Shown: piece after piece, positions 33,970 through 46,459 of the stretch
How the letters are laid out: each line of letters begins with the position of its first letter
Position numbering within the stretch: position 1 is the first letter of the stretch
NCBI RefSeq assembly: GCF_006345805.1
Contig: NC_043014.1
Span: 38,998,001 to 39,062,000 of the forward strand
DNA length: 64,000 bases
From: Octopus sinensis
Taxonomy: Eukaryota
Direction: 5' to 3'
The notes under the pieces: model-generated
Databases searched by the model: none
Seen by the model: the letters and a program-made list of their open reading frames with translations, nothing else
What the model was told of the DNA's origin: nothing
Position numbers and translations under genes: made by a program

Positions 33970-34283
33970 GTGGAGGCGCAATGGCCCAGTGGTTAGGGCA
34001 GCGGACTCGCGGTCGGAGGATCCGGCAGGGGGTGGTGGTGAACCCTGCTGTACTCTTTCACCACAACTTTCTCTCACTCTTACTTCCTGTTTCTCTTGTA
34101 CCTGTATTTCAAAGGGCCAGCCTTGTCACAACTCTGTGTCACGCTGAATCTCCTCGAGAACTACGTTAAGGGTACACGTGTCTGTGGAGTACTCAGCCAC
34201 TTGCACGTTAATATCACGAGCAAGCTGTTCCGTTGATCGTATCAGCTGGGACCCTCATCGTCGCAACCGACGGAGTGCTCCTA
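33970..34283 (+). mobile_element. Family D SINE with 13-bp TSD
   Basis: tatatcattcatc at 33957-33969 and 34284-34296. Confidence 0.88.
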
Positions 34284-34472
34284 TATATCATTCATCTCTG
34301 ATCTATAACTACCTTTTGACAGTATGCTTTTCTTATCTTTAGTGTGTAATTTGAGTTTGGTTTGGCTGTTATTTCTAGCTGGTAGTACATCAAGTCGCTT
34401 TCATGTAAGGGAGATAAATGCTAATTGTTTAACTAAAACAGATTGTCTTAAAGAAGCGAAAGATATTTTAAA

Positions 34473-34865
34473 TCTTTATATATAAAAGAGAAGTTGTGTG
34501 TCTGTCTCCTACGATTTAGATTCCTAACTACTCCCACATTTTGCGGTGCAGTTTAACCAAAACCTGGTATCTTATAGTCGTGATTCATATCGAGCCCTTC
34601 TGGGTATTAGCGCGCGTCTACGATGAGTCTACGATTAAAAAAAAAAATTACCATCATTTTATTCCATTTTAATGCATTTTTTCGCTATTATATAAGGGAA
34701 GTAACTCTCTAAAAATGTCTACGATGAGTCAACGATTTTAAAAAAATTACCATAATTTTTTCCATTTTTAATGCATTTTTTTGCTATTTTTTGGCTATTT
34801 TCTCTAAAAATGCTTATATAGTTATTTCCCTTACAAATCCGAGCAACGCCGGGCGATACTGCTAG
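34473..34865 (+). mobile_element. Non-autonomous Helitron
   Basis: A/TCTTTATATATAAAAG 5' end; ccgagcaacgccggg hairpin then CTAG/T 3' end; no TSD. Confidence 0.88.
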
Positions 34866-35543
34866 TTCTTTCTACAATAATTTTAACTTCTTTAATTACT
34901 CCAAACACCAATTTCCAATGTTAGAAATAAATACTAACTTTCGGTCAATGTATTGCAACAATACATTTACATACAAATTACAAATCCGTTGTGGGGTGTA
35001 AAGGAGGATTTAAATATATATATATATACACATTGGCAATTATTTTTGTGAGAGAGGAATTTGAAAGGAATCGATGCAATATATTGATTTCGAATTTTGA
35101 CACAAGGCCAAACAAATTTGGGGAAAGGCTAATTCGATTACATCGACTTCAGTATTCAACTGTTACTTTTTTTATCGACCCTGAAAAGATGAAAGGCAAA
35201 GTCGACTTCGGCGGAATTCGAATGTGAAGGCCGGCGAAATGCAATCAAGCACTTCGCGTGGTATCGATGCCAATATGTTGACGTTTTATATTTAGTTTAT
35301 TATCGACCCCAAGTGAGAACTGAACCCTGAATCAAAGGGAGAGCAAATTTAAATACTCCTAATACATATTAGTATGATGTCTTCTTATACAGCAGCGATC
35401 GAGTCCTTAAAATGCAAGTTTTTAATAATATAACAGATTACAGAACACCTTGCTTAACCCACTACCCATAAATCTCGATTTTTAGACCCGGAGAAGCAGG
35501 CTTCCGATAGAGCTTCATCTGATTCTTTTACACATCAGTCAAA

Positions 35544-35704
35544 ATGGAGGCCGGTGTATCGTCGATGTTTCCTCTCGCTGTTAATTTACTGTTTTCAATT
35601 GCTGGGATATTTGTCACACACAAAATTCTCCTGAAATGTAAATCTATGTTTATAAACGCCCATTTATTTGGTATGGATCTTAGTAAGAGGCAATCCAAAA
35701 AAAT
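35544..35704 (+). CDS. DPAGT1: DPAGT1 coding exon 1 (MEAGVSSMFPLAVNLLFSIAGIFVTHKILLKCKSMFINAHLFGMDLSKRQSKK+AT)
   Basis: aaaATGG start; gtaagt donor at 35705; 161 nt; GxDLxK motif and N-terminal hydrophobic helix. Confidence 0.9.
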
Positions 35705-36406
35705 GTAAGTCGTTCAATTTTTGTTTGTTATAATAATTAATAATAAATAAACAAGCCGGCATGTCTTAATTGAGATTCGTATCTAAATGTTTGTTATTCA
35801 GATGCGTAATTAGTTGGCATATCACAAAGAAAGAATCTATAAGTACCGGTCAAGTTTCTAGTTCATAAAAAATATAAAATATATAAGAGAATCAGCCACA
35901 CTTTTATTAAATTAGCGGGTTTTTGAAAGGACATGTGATGTGTTGTTGTTATTATGTATGTTGTCGAATTTGCCACCTGGCTTCTCGTTTGTAGACGTTT
36001 CCTTTTAACTGTTGTCGCTAATGATCTTCGTGTTGTTCATTGCATCAGCTGAATTTAATATTTCGTTATATATCTAAATCCTTTTTATACCTTTAAAACG
36101 TTTTAATACATTATCACGTATTGTATTTACAATAACCAATACTACTTATTATCAGATGCTCTTTTTTTTTTTAATGTTAGTTTAAAGGTTAAATAAACAA
36201 CTTATTGCAAACTCTCACACCACATATACAAACATGCATACATGCACGCACATATATATATATTCCTGAAGATTTCATTTGAATGAAACAGTTCTAGTCC
36301 TGTAGAAGCTCCTTCTATAAAATAAATTATTTACTCTGCTATGTATTGAGTACCTTATTTACTGTGGTTAACCCCGACTCAACCCGGGACCTACATATAT
36401 ATATAT

Positions 36407-36441
<35 letters not shown>

Positions 36442-36671
36442 CTGCACACAAATATACAAAGCAGATAGATCTGTTATGAATTTTCACAGCGTAAAGTTTA
36501 CCCGAGATAAATTGATGATATTTAAAGATCGACCATAATTTATCAAATCGATGACATATTTTTACTGCTCTCTGAAACTATGTTGACTTTTTTATTGTTA
36601 GAGAGGAACATAGTCAGTTGTATTCGACCCTGTTGTCCTTCTTACCAACTCACCACACCCAACGAAGGGTG

Positions 36672-36943
36672 TCTCCACATAGTTGCTCGACCTGCTAGAA
36701 ATAGCAGCTAAATCGCCCTCAAATCACTCCATGATATCTTAAAATAAGGAAGGACACATTTGATAATGTAGCCTTCTATAAACAAAGCGACGGGATGGCC
36801 ACGGCAGTCTCCACATGGTTGCTCGACCTGGTAGAAATAGCGGCTAAATCTCCCTCAAATCACTCCATGATATCTTAAAATAAGGAAGGATACATTTGAT
36901 AATGTAGCCTTCTATAAACAAAGCGACGGGATGGCCACGGCAG
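36672..36943 (+). repeat. 136-bp tandem duplication of a family E repeat (gaaatagcagctaaa type)
   Basis: Two near-identical units, 36672-36807 and 36808-36943. Confidence 0.9.
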
Positions 36944-37009
36944 GGACGTCGATGACTAAAAGTCTGCTCGATCAGAGCCAACCTGAAGTTCAACAACATC
37001 AATCGAACT

Positions 37010-37116
37010 GGCGAAAGTAAAGAATACGTACACCCGGTATTTAGGGTTATGATTTGGGTTAGGGTTAAGGTTTTTGTTACGCCGAAAACGGGGTGTACGA
37101 ATTCTTTACCTCCGCC
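37010..37116. mobile_element. 107-bp MITE with 26-bp TIRs and telomere-like core
   Basis: ggcgaaagtaaagaatacgtacaccc / gggtgtacgaattctttacctccgcc; flanks aatcgaact/attcgaact; internal ttagggtta...gggttagggttaagg. Confidence 0.75.
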
Positions 37117-37740
37117 ATTCGAACTTTATATTAACTATTCGATTTTAGCCGATACTGATTATGATCGATTTTCTGGGACCCTTCATTATCTATCGATATC
37201 GACACCCATGGGTTAACTAGCATAAATAAACCTTGACAGTGAGAGAAAGGAAACACCAGACTAATTAGATTTTATGTGGCGATCAATTTATTTGTATCGT
37301 CTTTTTTATAACCCCGTGGTTCTGCTTGTGACGAAAAATAATTGCTCAGAATCAAATCGTTTTATTTAACTCAAACGTTTAACTTCAGTATTCGATGCAC
37401 AAGAGTAGAGGTGTCCACTTTCATTGTAAATGCTAGCAGTCGCCACCCTTCCACACCAAAGTTTTACCATAAAGCACAATCACCAGAAGTAACAGGAACA
37501 GTTTCTTGGCATTCACCGGTGCTCTAAATATTATGTCTCCGCAGTACTTTTGTGTTCCCTGTTGAGCGACATGAGAATTCGAATGGAGTCGGCGTGGGTT
37601 TCTTCGATAACAGGATCAATTCTGAACTGTTATGGCTGGCATGCTTGCTCAGCCTGACTTCGCAATACGCCACTGCGGTCCGGAGGTTGCTTGGTCCAGA
37701 AGGGGGGTGGATGTATAGGACATGGACTGCAACCACTTTC

Positions 37741-38387
37741 GGTTATTTTTATTTTTATTTTCTTTTATTATTTTTTTCTACAGAAACCCACTTTTTCGAC
37801 TGTGGAGATTCCGAACCTGCAAAAAAAAAAAAAAAATCGGCATTTCAAAATTTTGTAAAATTTCAATTTTTCAAATAAATAAATAAATAAACATCCCTCC
37901 CCTCTTACTAAAATAGCAGGCGTAAAAAGTATCTAAACAAAGCTCGACATACTAGAAACAGCAGCTAAACGACGAATCACGTTTTCAAAATTTTAATTTC
38001 TGCCACACCCGCTTTTTTTTTGCCAGAGGGGAGGAGAGGGGGAAAATTGAAATTTTGAAAACGTGTTTTTGGTGTTTTCAAAATCTTCGATTTTTAAGTA
38101 CGCTCCAACCGGAAAGTCCGACAAGCTAGAAACAACAGCCAAATTAAAGATCCACTTTGTAAATACAAATTACCAAAAAAAAGTTTAAAAATTTTTAAAG
38201 GTAATTTTGTTGTCGTGTGTGTGCAAAAAACTAATTTTTACATATCTCTCTTTTAACTCCAAAAGACCCTCAACCACAACATGCTTTCTGAATCAAATTT
38301 TGAAACGCCGATTCTTTTTGCCGATTCGGAATCCCCGCAATTGAAAAGGTGGGTTTCTGTAGAAAAAAATAAATAAATAAAATAACC
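37741..38387. repeat. Foldback-like element with ~110-bp inverted arms
   Basis: ggttatttt...ctacagaaacccac...gattccgaa...ggcatttcaaaatt at 37741-37860 mirrored at about 38290-38387. Confidence 0.7.
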
Positions 38388-38730
38388 TTTTCCCAGAAGG
38401 GACCCTTCAACATTGTTAAGATGGCTGCAATCAAACAAAATTTGGTAGATTTTAAGTGTGGTCTTTGAGATGGCACTGTAGTCTCAGTTGAGACAGTGTG
38501 AATTTCAACATCTGGTTATTTGATACGGGTACAATAACATCCATCAGTTAACCATGATCGCACTTCACTTCTCGTTTATTACTAGGAATGTGGAGAGGTT
38601 TTGATTAAAGAGTTTAACAGTTGGGACATTTAAGCATAATTTCACATCCAGAGAACTATCTCCTTTAAAAACCTCAACAATTCACAAGTTTTGTTAGCTT
38701 TCACTTTGTCAGAATGAACACATTAGTCAG

Positions 38731-38890
38731 CTCTCTCTCTATCTGCTCAGTCAAAGTCGACTCTCGGTCACTCGTTGGATCAGTGTCCTCCAGTCAGTTC
38801 TATCCTGGGCCGCTTCTTTCAGATTGGCTATGTCCATTCCAGTATCACTCTTGATGGTGTCAAGCCAGCGGGTTCTTGGACGGCCTCTTA
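38731..38890 (-). mobile_element. RTE (BovB-like) LINE 3' end
   Basis: Minus frame RGRPRTRWLDTIKSDTGMDIANLKEAAQDRTDWRTLIQRVTESRL-stop, then (AG)n. Confidence 0.85.
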
Positions 38891-39493
38891 GTCAGCTATA
38901 ATCTTAAATTTTCTGACAGGATTAATAGACTCAAATAAAGTTCATTCTAATTACTAACTTTAGGTCACCTTCAATCTTCATTTCAGTCTCAGAGGTCTGG
39001 TTGGGGGACCCCGCTAATCTCTGCCTAGTTTCTACAGTCTTAACTACAGAGTTGTGGACATCTACAAACAGGCTGAAGTCAGACTGTGGTAGAACAGTGG
39101 CTAACTTGCATTGCCAGCAGTTAGCAAGGTTGCATGCATAGGCAATGGCCAAGTATTTTATTCATCTGCACAGTTTATCATCATTGTCATAATGATCATT
39201 TGATGTCCATCTTCCATGCTGGCAAGCCAGAGGACTACACAAGGATCCACTGTCTGTCTTGGCATGGATTTTACAGCTGAATGCCCTTCCTAATGCTAAC
39301 CATTCTTCAGAGTGGACTGGGTGCTTTTTACATGGCACCAACAATGGCGAGGCTGTTTTGATATGATTTTCACAGCTGGATGCCCTTCCAGTTCATCATC
39401 ATCATCATCATCATCATTTAATGTCTCGCTGTACAGCCAGCCAATGTCTTGACAATGAGTTTGGTAGATGGAAACTTTGGAAGCTCATAAATA

Positions 39494-39710
39494 TGAGTGG
39501 GGTGCTGAAAAGTTCTGGTATTAAGGGTATTGTGAAATACCTGCTCTGAGGCCAACACTTCTGAGTTCTTTTTACAGGGCTTAAGAAACTGAAGGACCAC
39601 TGCTATAAGTGTGTGAATTTGAGAGGGAAATATGTTGAATAAAATCATAATTAACTGATCCTCCTGTATTTTCTTTTACCCAGAGCCAGAAACTTTTCAG
39701 CACCCTCTTG
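39494..39710 (+). mobile_element. Mariner-derived MITE keeping the transposase C-terminus
   Basis: TIR ggtgctgaaaagtt(t)ctgg at both ends with TA flanks; LQGLKKLKDHCYKCVNLRGKYVE-stop. Confidence 0.8.
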
Positions 39711-40060
39711 TATGTGTGTGTGTATTTTGTTATCCCCTGTCACTACTTGACAACAGGTGTTGATTTGTTTATATCCCTGTAACCTAGCATTTCAGCAAAA
39801 GAGACTGATAGAAAAAGTACCAGGCTCAAAAAATGCACAGGGTTTGATTTGTTTAACCAAACCCTTCAAGGCAGTGCCCCAGCATGGCCACAGTGCATTG
39901 ACTGAAACAACTGAATGATGAAAGATAAAAGATATCCCTTTAAGCTATATCACCTTTGTTTTTGCTTTTTCAAAGAAATATTTTTTTACAAATAAATAAT
40001 AAATTTCACTTCTATTTTTTGTGTTATTTATTGCTTCTTTTTCTTCCCATTATTTTTCAG

Positions 40061-40181
40061 TCCTGAATCTCAGGGAGTTATCATTGGTACTGTGTTTCTG
40101 ATAATCATGTTTTTGTTCATTCCTGTACTATTCTACAACTATCTGACAAAAACAGCAGATAATGAATTTCCTCACAGCAAA
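40061..40181 (+). CDS. DPAGT1: DPAGT1 coding exon 2 (I-PESQGVIIGTVFLIIMFLFIPVLFYNYLTKTADNEFPHSK)
   Basis: tttttcag acceptor, gtaagt donor; conserved PESQGV motif; phase 2-0; 121 nt. Confidence 0.95.
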
Positions 40182-41145
40182 GTAAGTCCTTTCATATGGC
40201 TCAGCAATTTTCCATTTTTATCTGTGTGTATTTGTGTGTGTGTGAGTGTGTTTGGAACATTCCCGTAATCCTTAATAGGTCTCTGAATTGATATTGCAGT
40301 CTTTAACCCTTTAGCATTCAATCCGGCCATATCCAGCCTGATTACTGGTAAGTTTACTGCCGTCGATTCCTCATGAAGAAAGTTCACCCTGAGGAAATAT
40401 ATTCATAGTCTCTTACCATTAATAGATAAAAACTATTTTATTGTGAGGTATACTTGCCATCTCAATATGGCTAACCATTAAGGGTGGTTGTTACTGTAGC
40501 TTGTAGCCCCAGGAGAACATCGTCTCCAGCTGGCTTTAGGCACACTTTCTGTGTCCTATCGGTATTTGCAAAGGGAGGTCACCCTTCCCTCGTCAACCTA
40601 AGTGATACGCATGGACTGCAGTTTCTAGGTTTTGACCTGTCATCAGCGTACGACAATCACCGGTTTTCGATGAAAAGGTGTTCTGAGATTTATTATAACT
40701 ATTTTATTAAAAAAAAAAAAACGAATTGATGACAGTGAACTTACCACACATGATCCAGCCCAAATATTCCACCTGTTTTATGTTAAAACTAACCAGATCC
40801 AACCTCTCACACCTACCCCACAATGTCATTCTAGAAATATATAAACATGCCATTGAAATCATGAAGCAACAAGATAATGCTTGATGAATTCAAAACAATG
40901 TAAATAACTAAGCAATACATTTGACAAAGAAATCTGGATACTAAAGGGTTAGCCCTTTTGGTATAAACTCATTTGTGACTGCCCCTGGTTCTATAATACA
41001 AACCTGTTTTGAGTGACCTGAATTAAAACTCATCTGATACTGCTCCTATCTCTATGATATGAACCTGTTGTAAATGATCTGAATTAAAACTTTGCTTCAA
41101 AACCTGTTAATTTGTGCTCTAAACACTAACTTAACGATACTCTCT

Positions 41146-41575
41146 CTTTTACTCTTTTTACTTGTTTCAGTCATTTGACTGTGGCCATGCTGGAGCACCG
41201 TCTTAAGTCGAGCAAATCAACCCCAGGACTTATTCTTTGGATGCCTAGTACTTATTCTATCGGTCTCTTTTGCCGAACCGCTAAGATACGGGGACGTAAA
41301 CACACCACCATCGGTTGTCAAGCGATGTTGGGGGGACAAACACAGACACACAAAATATACACACACATACATACATACATGTATATATATATATGAAGGG
41401 CTTCTTTCAGTTTCCGTCTACCAAATCCACTCACAAGGTTTTGGTTGGCCCGAGGCTAAAGCAGAAGACACTTGCCCAAGGTACCACGTAGTGGGACTGA
41501 ACCTGGGACCATGTGGTTGGTAAGCAAGCTACTTACCACACAGCCACTCCTACGCCTAATAGCAAAAAGTTATTT
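41146..41575 (-). mobile_element. Family A SINE
   Basis: Reverse complement of 794-1233. Confidence 0.88.
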
Positions 41576-43904
41576 TAATAAATTCTTCGTTATGTGGTTA
41601 AGAAGATTACTTTGCAACCATGTGGTTTTAGGTTCAGTCCCACTGCATGGCACCTTGGGCAAGTATCTTTGAATATAGCTCCAAGCCTTATGAATGAATT
41701 TGGAAGATTGAAACTATGTGGAAGTCCATAGTGTGTGTGTGTGTTTGTGTATAAGCAAAGTAGCTAGTTAGAAAGTCTCAGTAAGAGATGAAAGTAGTAA
41801 CTATACTGAGAAGTAATGTTTATCGCCACATCAATATGGCTGTTCGACATTACTACTGTTTTTAACCCCAGGAAGAGCCTCCTCCAGCTGCTTATTGATG
41901 CAGTCTGCACCCTGTATATATTGCAATCAGGGGAGCAAACCCCTACCGTCTTCTAGCAGATGACAGGATCACCAGACTGAATGGTTTCAGGCTATTTGTG
42001 GTTTGCTCTCCAACGGTACCAAACCATTAATAATAATAAATAATTATAATGATGATGATGATGTAAACACACCACTATCAGTTGTCAAACGATGTTGGGG
42101 GGACAATTTGTGGTCCGCTCTCCTGCTTGCAATATGTATTAGGTGCAGATTGCATCGATAACCATCTAGAGGAGGCTCTTCCTGGGGTTGTAGTAATGTC
42201 AAACAGCCATACTGATGTGGCAATAAACATTACTTCTCAGTAGAGTCATTATTTTGATCGCTTGTAGAGATTTTCTAATTAGCTACTTTGCTTGTTGCAA
42301 GATGAATTAGTGACTGTCACTTGGTTTTTCTATATATTACAAGCTGGAGTGAATTCCTACTATCTCTAGCAGCCAGGTGTTTGCCACTGATGATGGGCAT
42401 GAATAGCCCAAAGCCATTCGGTCTGGTAGATCCTGCCATCTGCTAAAAGATCGTAGGGGTTCACTCCCTTGTTTGCAATATATACCAGGTGAAGGTTGCA
42501 TCAATAACCAGTTGAAGGAGAATCATCCTGGGGTTAAAAACTGTAGTAATGTCGAACAGCCATATCGATATATATATGTATGTATACAGTAATCCCTTGA
42601 CTATTGTGGGTGTTATGTATACTCTTTTGCTCTTTTGCTTGTTTCAGTCATTTGACCATGGTCATGCTGGAGCACCACCTTTAGTCGAGCAAATCGACTT
42701 ATTCATTGGAAGCCTAGTACTTATTCTATTGGTCTCTTTTGCCGAAATGCTAAGTTACAGGGACGTAAACACACCAGCATCGGTTAACAGAAAGCAATTG
42801 GCCATAGAAAATCTGCCTTAACTGTTTGGCATTTAAACTGGCCATTTCTTGCCCAAATATTCTACCTGTTTTATGTTCAAACTGACCAGATCCAGCTACT
42901 TACACCTGCTCTACACTATCATTCTAAAAATAAACAATCGCGTCATTGAAACCCTGAAGCTATGAGATAATACATGATTAATTCAAAACCGTGTGAATAA
43001 ATAAGCAGAACATTTGACAAAGTAGCCTGAATGCTAAAGGGTTAATAAGTTTCCTTTGACCAACGTTAGTGTGAAAAAGTAGCCTTTAAAATGATGATGA
43101 TAAATATGTGTGTGTGTGTGTGTTTGTAATTAATGTATGTTGGAGAGAAAATTTATTTGTACCATGCTGCTAATTCATTATGCTGTGATTCAGAGTTTCT
43201 CATTCAGTATGATTCCTCAAGCAGAAATGTTTTTGTTGTCTGAAGGATCGTATCAGATGACAAACTCTGAGTAGAGATGGTGTGAATCACTAGCTTCATA
43301 TGAAAAAAATACATCCATTCATACACTCAGCCAAGCTTACATATATACATTCGTACGCACAAACATACATACATATGTATGTACATACATGCACATACAT
43401 ATGTACACACATACATGCATACACACACGCGCATACATACATTTATTTATTTATGTATAATGGGTAAGAATATGTCAAAGAAGCATATAACAGATTCGGA
43501 TAATTTGTGCTCATACTGGCCTGGATACTTAAAATCCAATATCAAGCAGGGGAGAATAGAATTCAGGTAAACAAAAGTAGGTACCAGTCAAGTTAATTAA
43601 AGTATAATAAAATAAGAGATGCATATATATATATACTCTTTAGGGTGTCAGCATCATGATCGTAAGATTGTTGTTTCGATTCCTGGACCAGGTGACGCGT
43701 TGTGGTCTTGAGCAAAACACTTCATTTCACGTTGCTCCAGTCCACTCAGCTGGCAAAAATGAGTAACGCTGCGATGGACTGGCGTCCCGTCCAGCTGGGG
43801 AACACATACATCATAGAAACCGGGAAACCGGGCCCATGAGGTTGGCTAGGCTTTAAAAAAGGGTATATTTATTTTTATATCTTAGTTCCAGATCACTTTG
43901 TGCC

Positions 43905-44125
43905 ATCCAGCCTGACTTGAAACTTATAGCGTCTTCATCCAAATGCTGTTGCGCTTCCACGAATAAGGAAGTACTGTCTACAATTGTAGCTTTTAATCTT
44001 CGAACTGTCAGACTTAAGAACTCTTTTCCATTTCATTGTTTCCCTCCCCCTCCTCCTCCTCCTTATGATCTGAACAGTTTCAAGTCTAAAGTAAATTCAT
44101 TCCTTTCTTCTTAATTTCTCTTTCT
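43905..44125 (+). mobile_element. L2/CR1-group LINE 3' end
   Basis: FNLRTVRLKNSFPFHCFPP...YDLNSFKSKVNSFLSS-stop. Confidence 0.75.
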
Positions 44126-44154
44126 TCAAAGTCCCTTACACTCTATGGTATCTT

Positions 44155-44570
44155 GGATCTTTTCAGTTTGAACGGCAGTTTTTTCAAGCGGTGTCATATG
44201 AAATTGTCACCCATAATTATGACCCTAGTATCAATCTATTGCATTTCAATGTTTTAGGGTTAGGGTTAAGGGTGGGGGGAAGGGTATCTTTTTTTCTTCA
44301 CAAATGTAAATAAACCCAATCTGTTTCTTAAACGGGGGACATATTCATACGGCACAGAATGTTTTTTAACTCAATGGACGTCATTGATTGGTTGAAATTG
44401 CAGAAATTGAAGAAGAAAAAACAACAAATATCTTACAAACTATAGAATTTTCTCAATAAAGCCAAGAGAAAAAGATGTCTTATAAACACATTCTACCAGT
44501 ATACAAAGTTTAAAATTTTTTAGTTACCTAGAAATTATTTTAAAAACTGCCGTTCAAACCACAAAGATCC
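44155..44570 (+). mobile_element. 416-bp MITE, GGATCT TIRs, perfect 8-bp TSD GGTATCTT
   Basis: TSD at 44147-44154 and 44571-44578; TIRs of about 28-30 bp; internal ttttagggttagggttaaggg. Confidence 0.93.
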
Positions 44571-44648
44571 GGTATCTTGCCTTGTTTGGGACTGCCTTAT
44601 AAAAAAAAAAAAAAAATTATCAACCTGTGTTTCTGTTTAATTTTGCAG

Positions 44649-44862
44649 TTTATTGAATATCTAGCTGCATTACTGTCCATATGCTGCATGATCTTTCTTG
44701 GATTTGCTGATGATGTTTTAAATCTTCGGTGGCGCCAAAAGCTCTTGCTTCCGACAATTGCTTCTCTTCCCTTGCTGATGGTGTATTTTGCTAATTTTGG
44801 AGCAACTCTAATCATTGTACCAAAACCATTTAGAGGAATTGTTGGTTTCGACTTGGACCTAC
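44649..44862 (+). CDS. DPAGT1: DPAGT1 coding exon 3 ([47 protein letters not shown]...[14 protein letters not shown]+C)
   Basis: ttttgcag acceptor, gtaagt donor; [16 protein letters not shown] motif of the MraY/GPT family; 214 nt. Confidence 0.97.
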
Positions 44863-44934
44863 GTAAGTTCAACTTCTCATAAGTCTTTCAGAAAAATCTA
44901 CTTTTCAGATATTTTTTATTTTCTTTTAACCATT

Positions 44935-45340
44935 GTCATCATCATCATCGTCGTTGTCGTTTAACGTCTGCTTTCCATGCTAGCATGGGTTGGACAATTT
45001 GACTGAGGGCTGGCGAACCAGATGGTTGCACCAGGCTCCAATCTTGATTTGGCAGAGTTTCTACAGCTGGATGCCCTTCCTAATGCCAACCACACCGAGA
45101 GTGTAGTGGGTGCTTTTACGTGCCACTGGCACGGGGGCCAGTCGGGCGGTACTGGCAACGACCTCGCTCAAATCTTTTTACACATGCCACCGGCACAGGT
45201 GCCAGTAAGGTCATGTTGGTAACGATCACGCTCGAATGGTGCCTTTTACGTGCCACCGGCATGGAAGCCAGTTAGCTACTCTGGCAACGATCATGCTCGG
45301 ATGGTGCTCTTGGCACCCTACTAGCATGGGGCTCAAGTGC
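44935..45340 (-). mobile_element. Family C RTE 3'UTR, about 70 nt downstream of DPAGT1 exon 3
   Basis: Shared terminus and tandem 3'UTR units. Confidence 0.85.
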
Positions 45341-46168
45341 CAGTAAGACCTCTCTTGTTATAATCATGATTGTCATCAGAACCACCAATGTGACTGCCTT
45401 TTTTTTTTTGCATTCTGACTCATTACATTAAGTATATATAATAATAATAATAATAATAATGAAATTATTGTGTATGGTGCTCAGGTGCATTATAACTCAT
45501 CAAAGGTGCATGTATAGTACATAGAATTATTACAAAAGTCAGGAAAGTGAACAGTGTATGAGTCATGATATACATGTGTGCATACATATGGAGCAGGGTG
45601 GATATCAGGTGTAGTGTTGGTGAATTTCAGGAAGCATGGAGGATGCAATGCTATCTTCCACTTAACTATATACTCTTTTTGCAGAAGGCATCCCTAAGAA
45701 ATTTTTCTGCAGCTAGCTTTTCTTAATAAGTTATGGCTAAAATGAAGAGTTAGAATATAATAAAGGCTGAACTCTTCAATAAGCATACATTTCAGCTATG
45801 TGGAAGTAGGCCAAATGAGAAATGAGAGGAAACAGTAGCCAGTTAGTAGTGACCTTAAACTTTTCAGTGACTTATAGAAGAGGCTAGAGCTGGTATCGGG
45901 ACTCTGACTTGTGAAACTACTGACGTTAAACAAGAGTTTTTGTGTGTGTGTGTGTGTGTGTGTGTGCTTGAAAATTTGTCAGGTTTATTTGTTATATTTA
46001 TATTTATAGTTGCCTATCCATAATAAATTTCAAGTGGCACTAAAATCAGATTACATTACACTCACAGTCTATGTATGTATACACGTGTATGTGAGTGTGG
46101 GTATATATATATATGATTCATAAATACATCATATATGTGTTTAAATATCTATACATACATACATATAT

Positions 46169-46225
<57 letters not shown>

Positions 46226-46228
46226 ATA

Positions 46229-46272
<44 letters not shown>

Positions 46273-46459
46273 CACGTAGGCACAGGAGTGGCTGTTTTGT
46301 AAGTTGCTTGCTTACCAACCATATGGTTCTGGTTTCCGTCCCACTGCATGGCACTATTTTGGGCAAGTGTCTTCTATTATAGCCTCAGACTAACCAAAGC
46401 CTTGTGAGTGGATTTGGTAGATGGAAACTGAAAGAAGCCTGTCATATATATATATATAT

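Noticed and set aside
33970-34020. tRNA gene at SINE heads (also 794, 27981, 29398)
   Set aside because: A/B-box-like motifs are present but no cloverleaf or acceptor stem; each runs into a SINE body, some with TSDs
38931-39152. 73-aa minus-strand ORF with protein-like composition
   Set aside because: Non-ATG start, no splice signals or motif recognised; lies among repeat fragments in a DPAGT1 intron
44255-44280. Telomere or interstitial telomere fusion site
   Set aside because: Only two to three TTAGGG-like units, located inside a TSD-flanked MITE and repeated in its second copy
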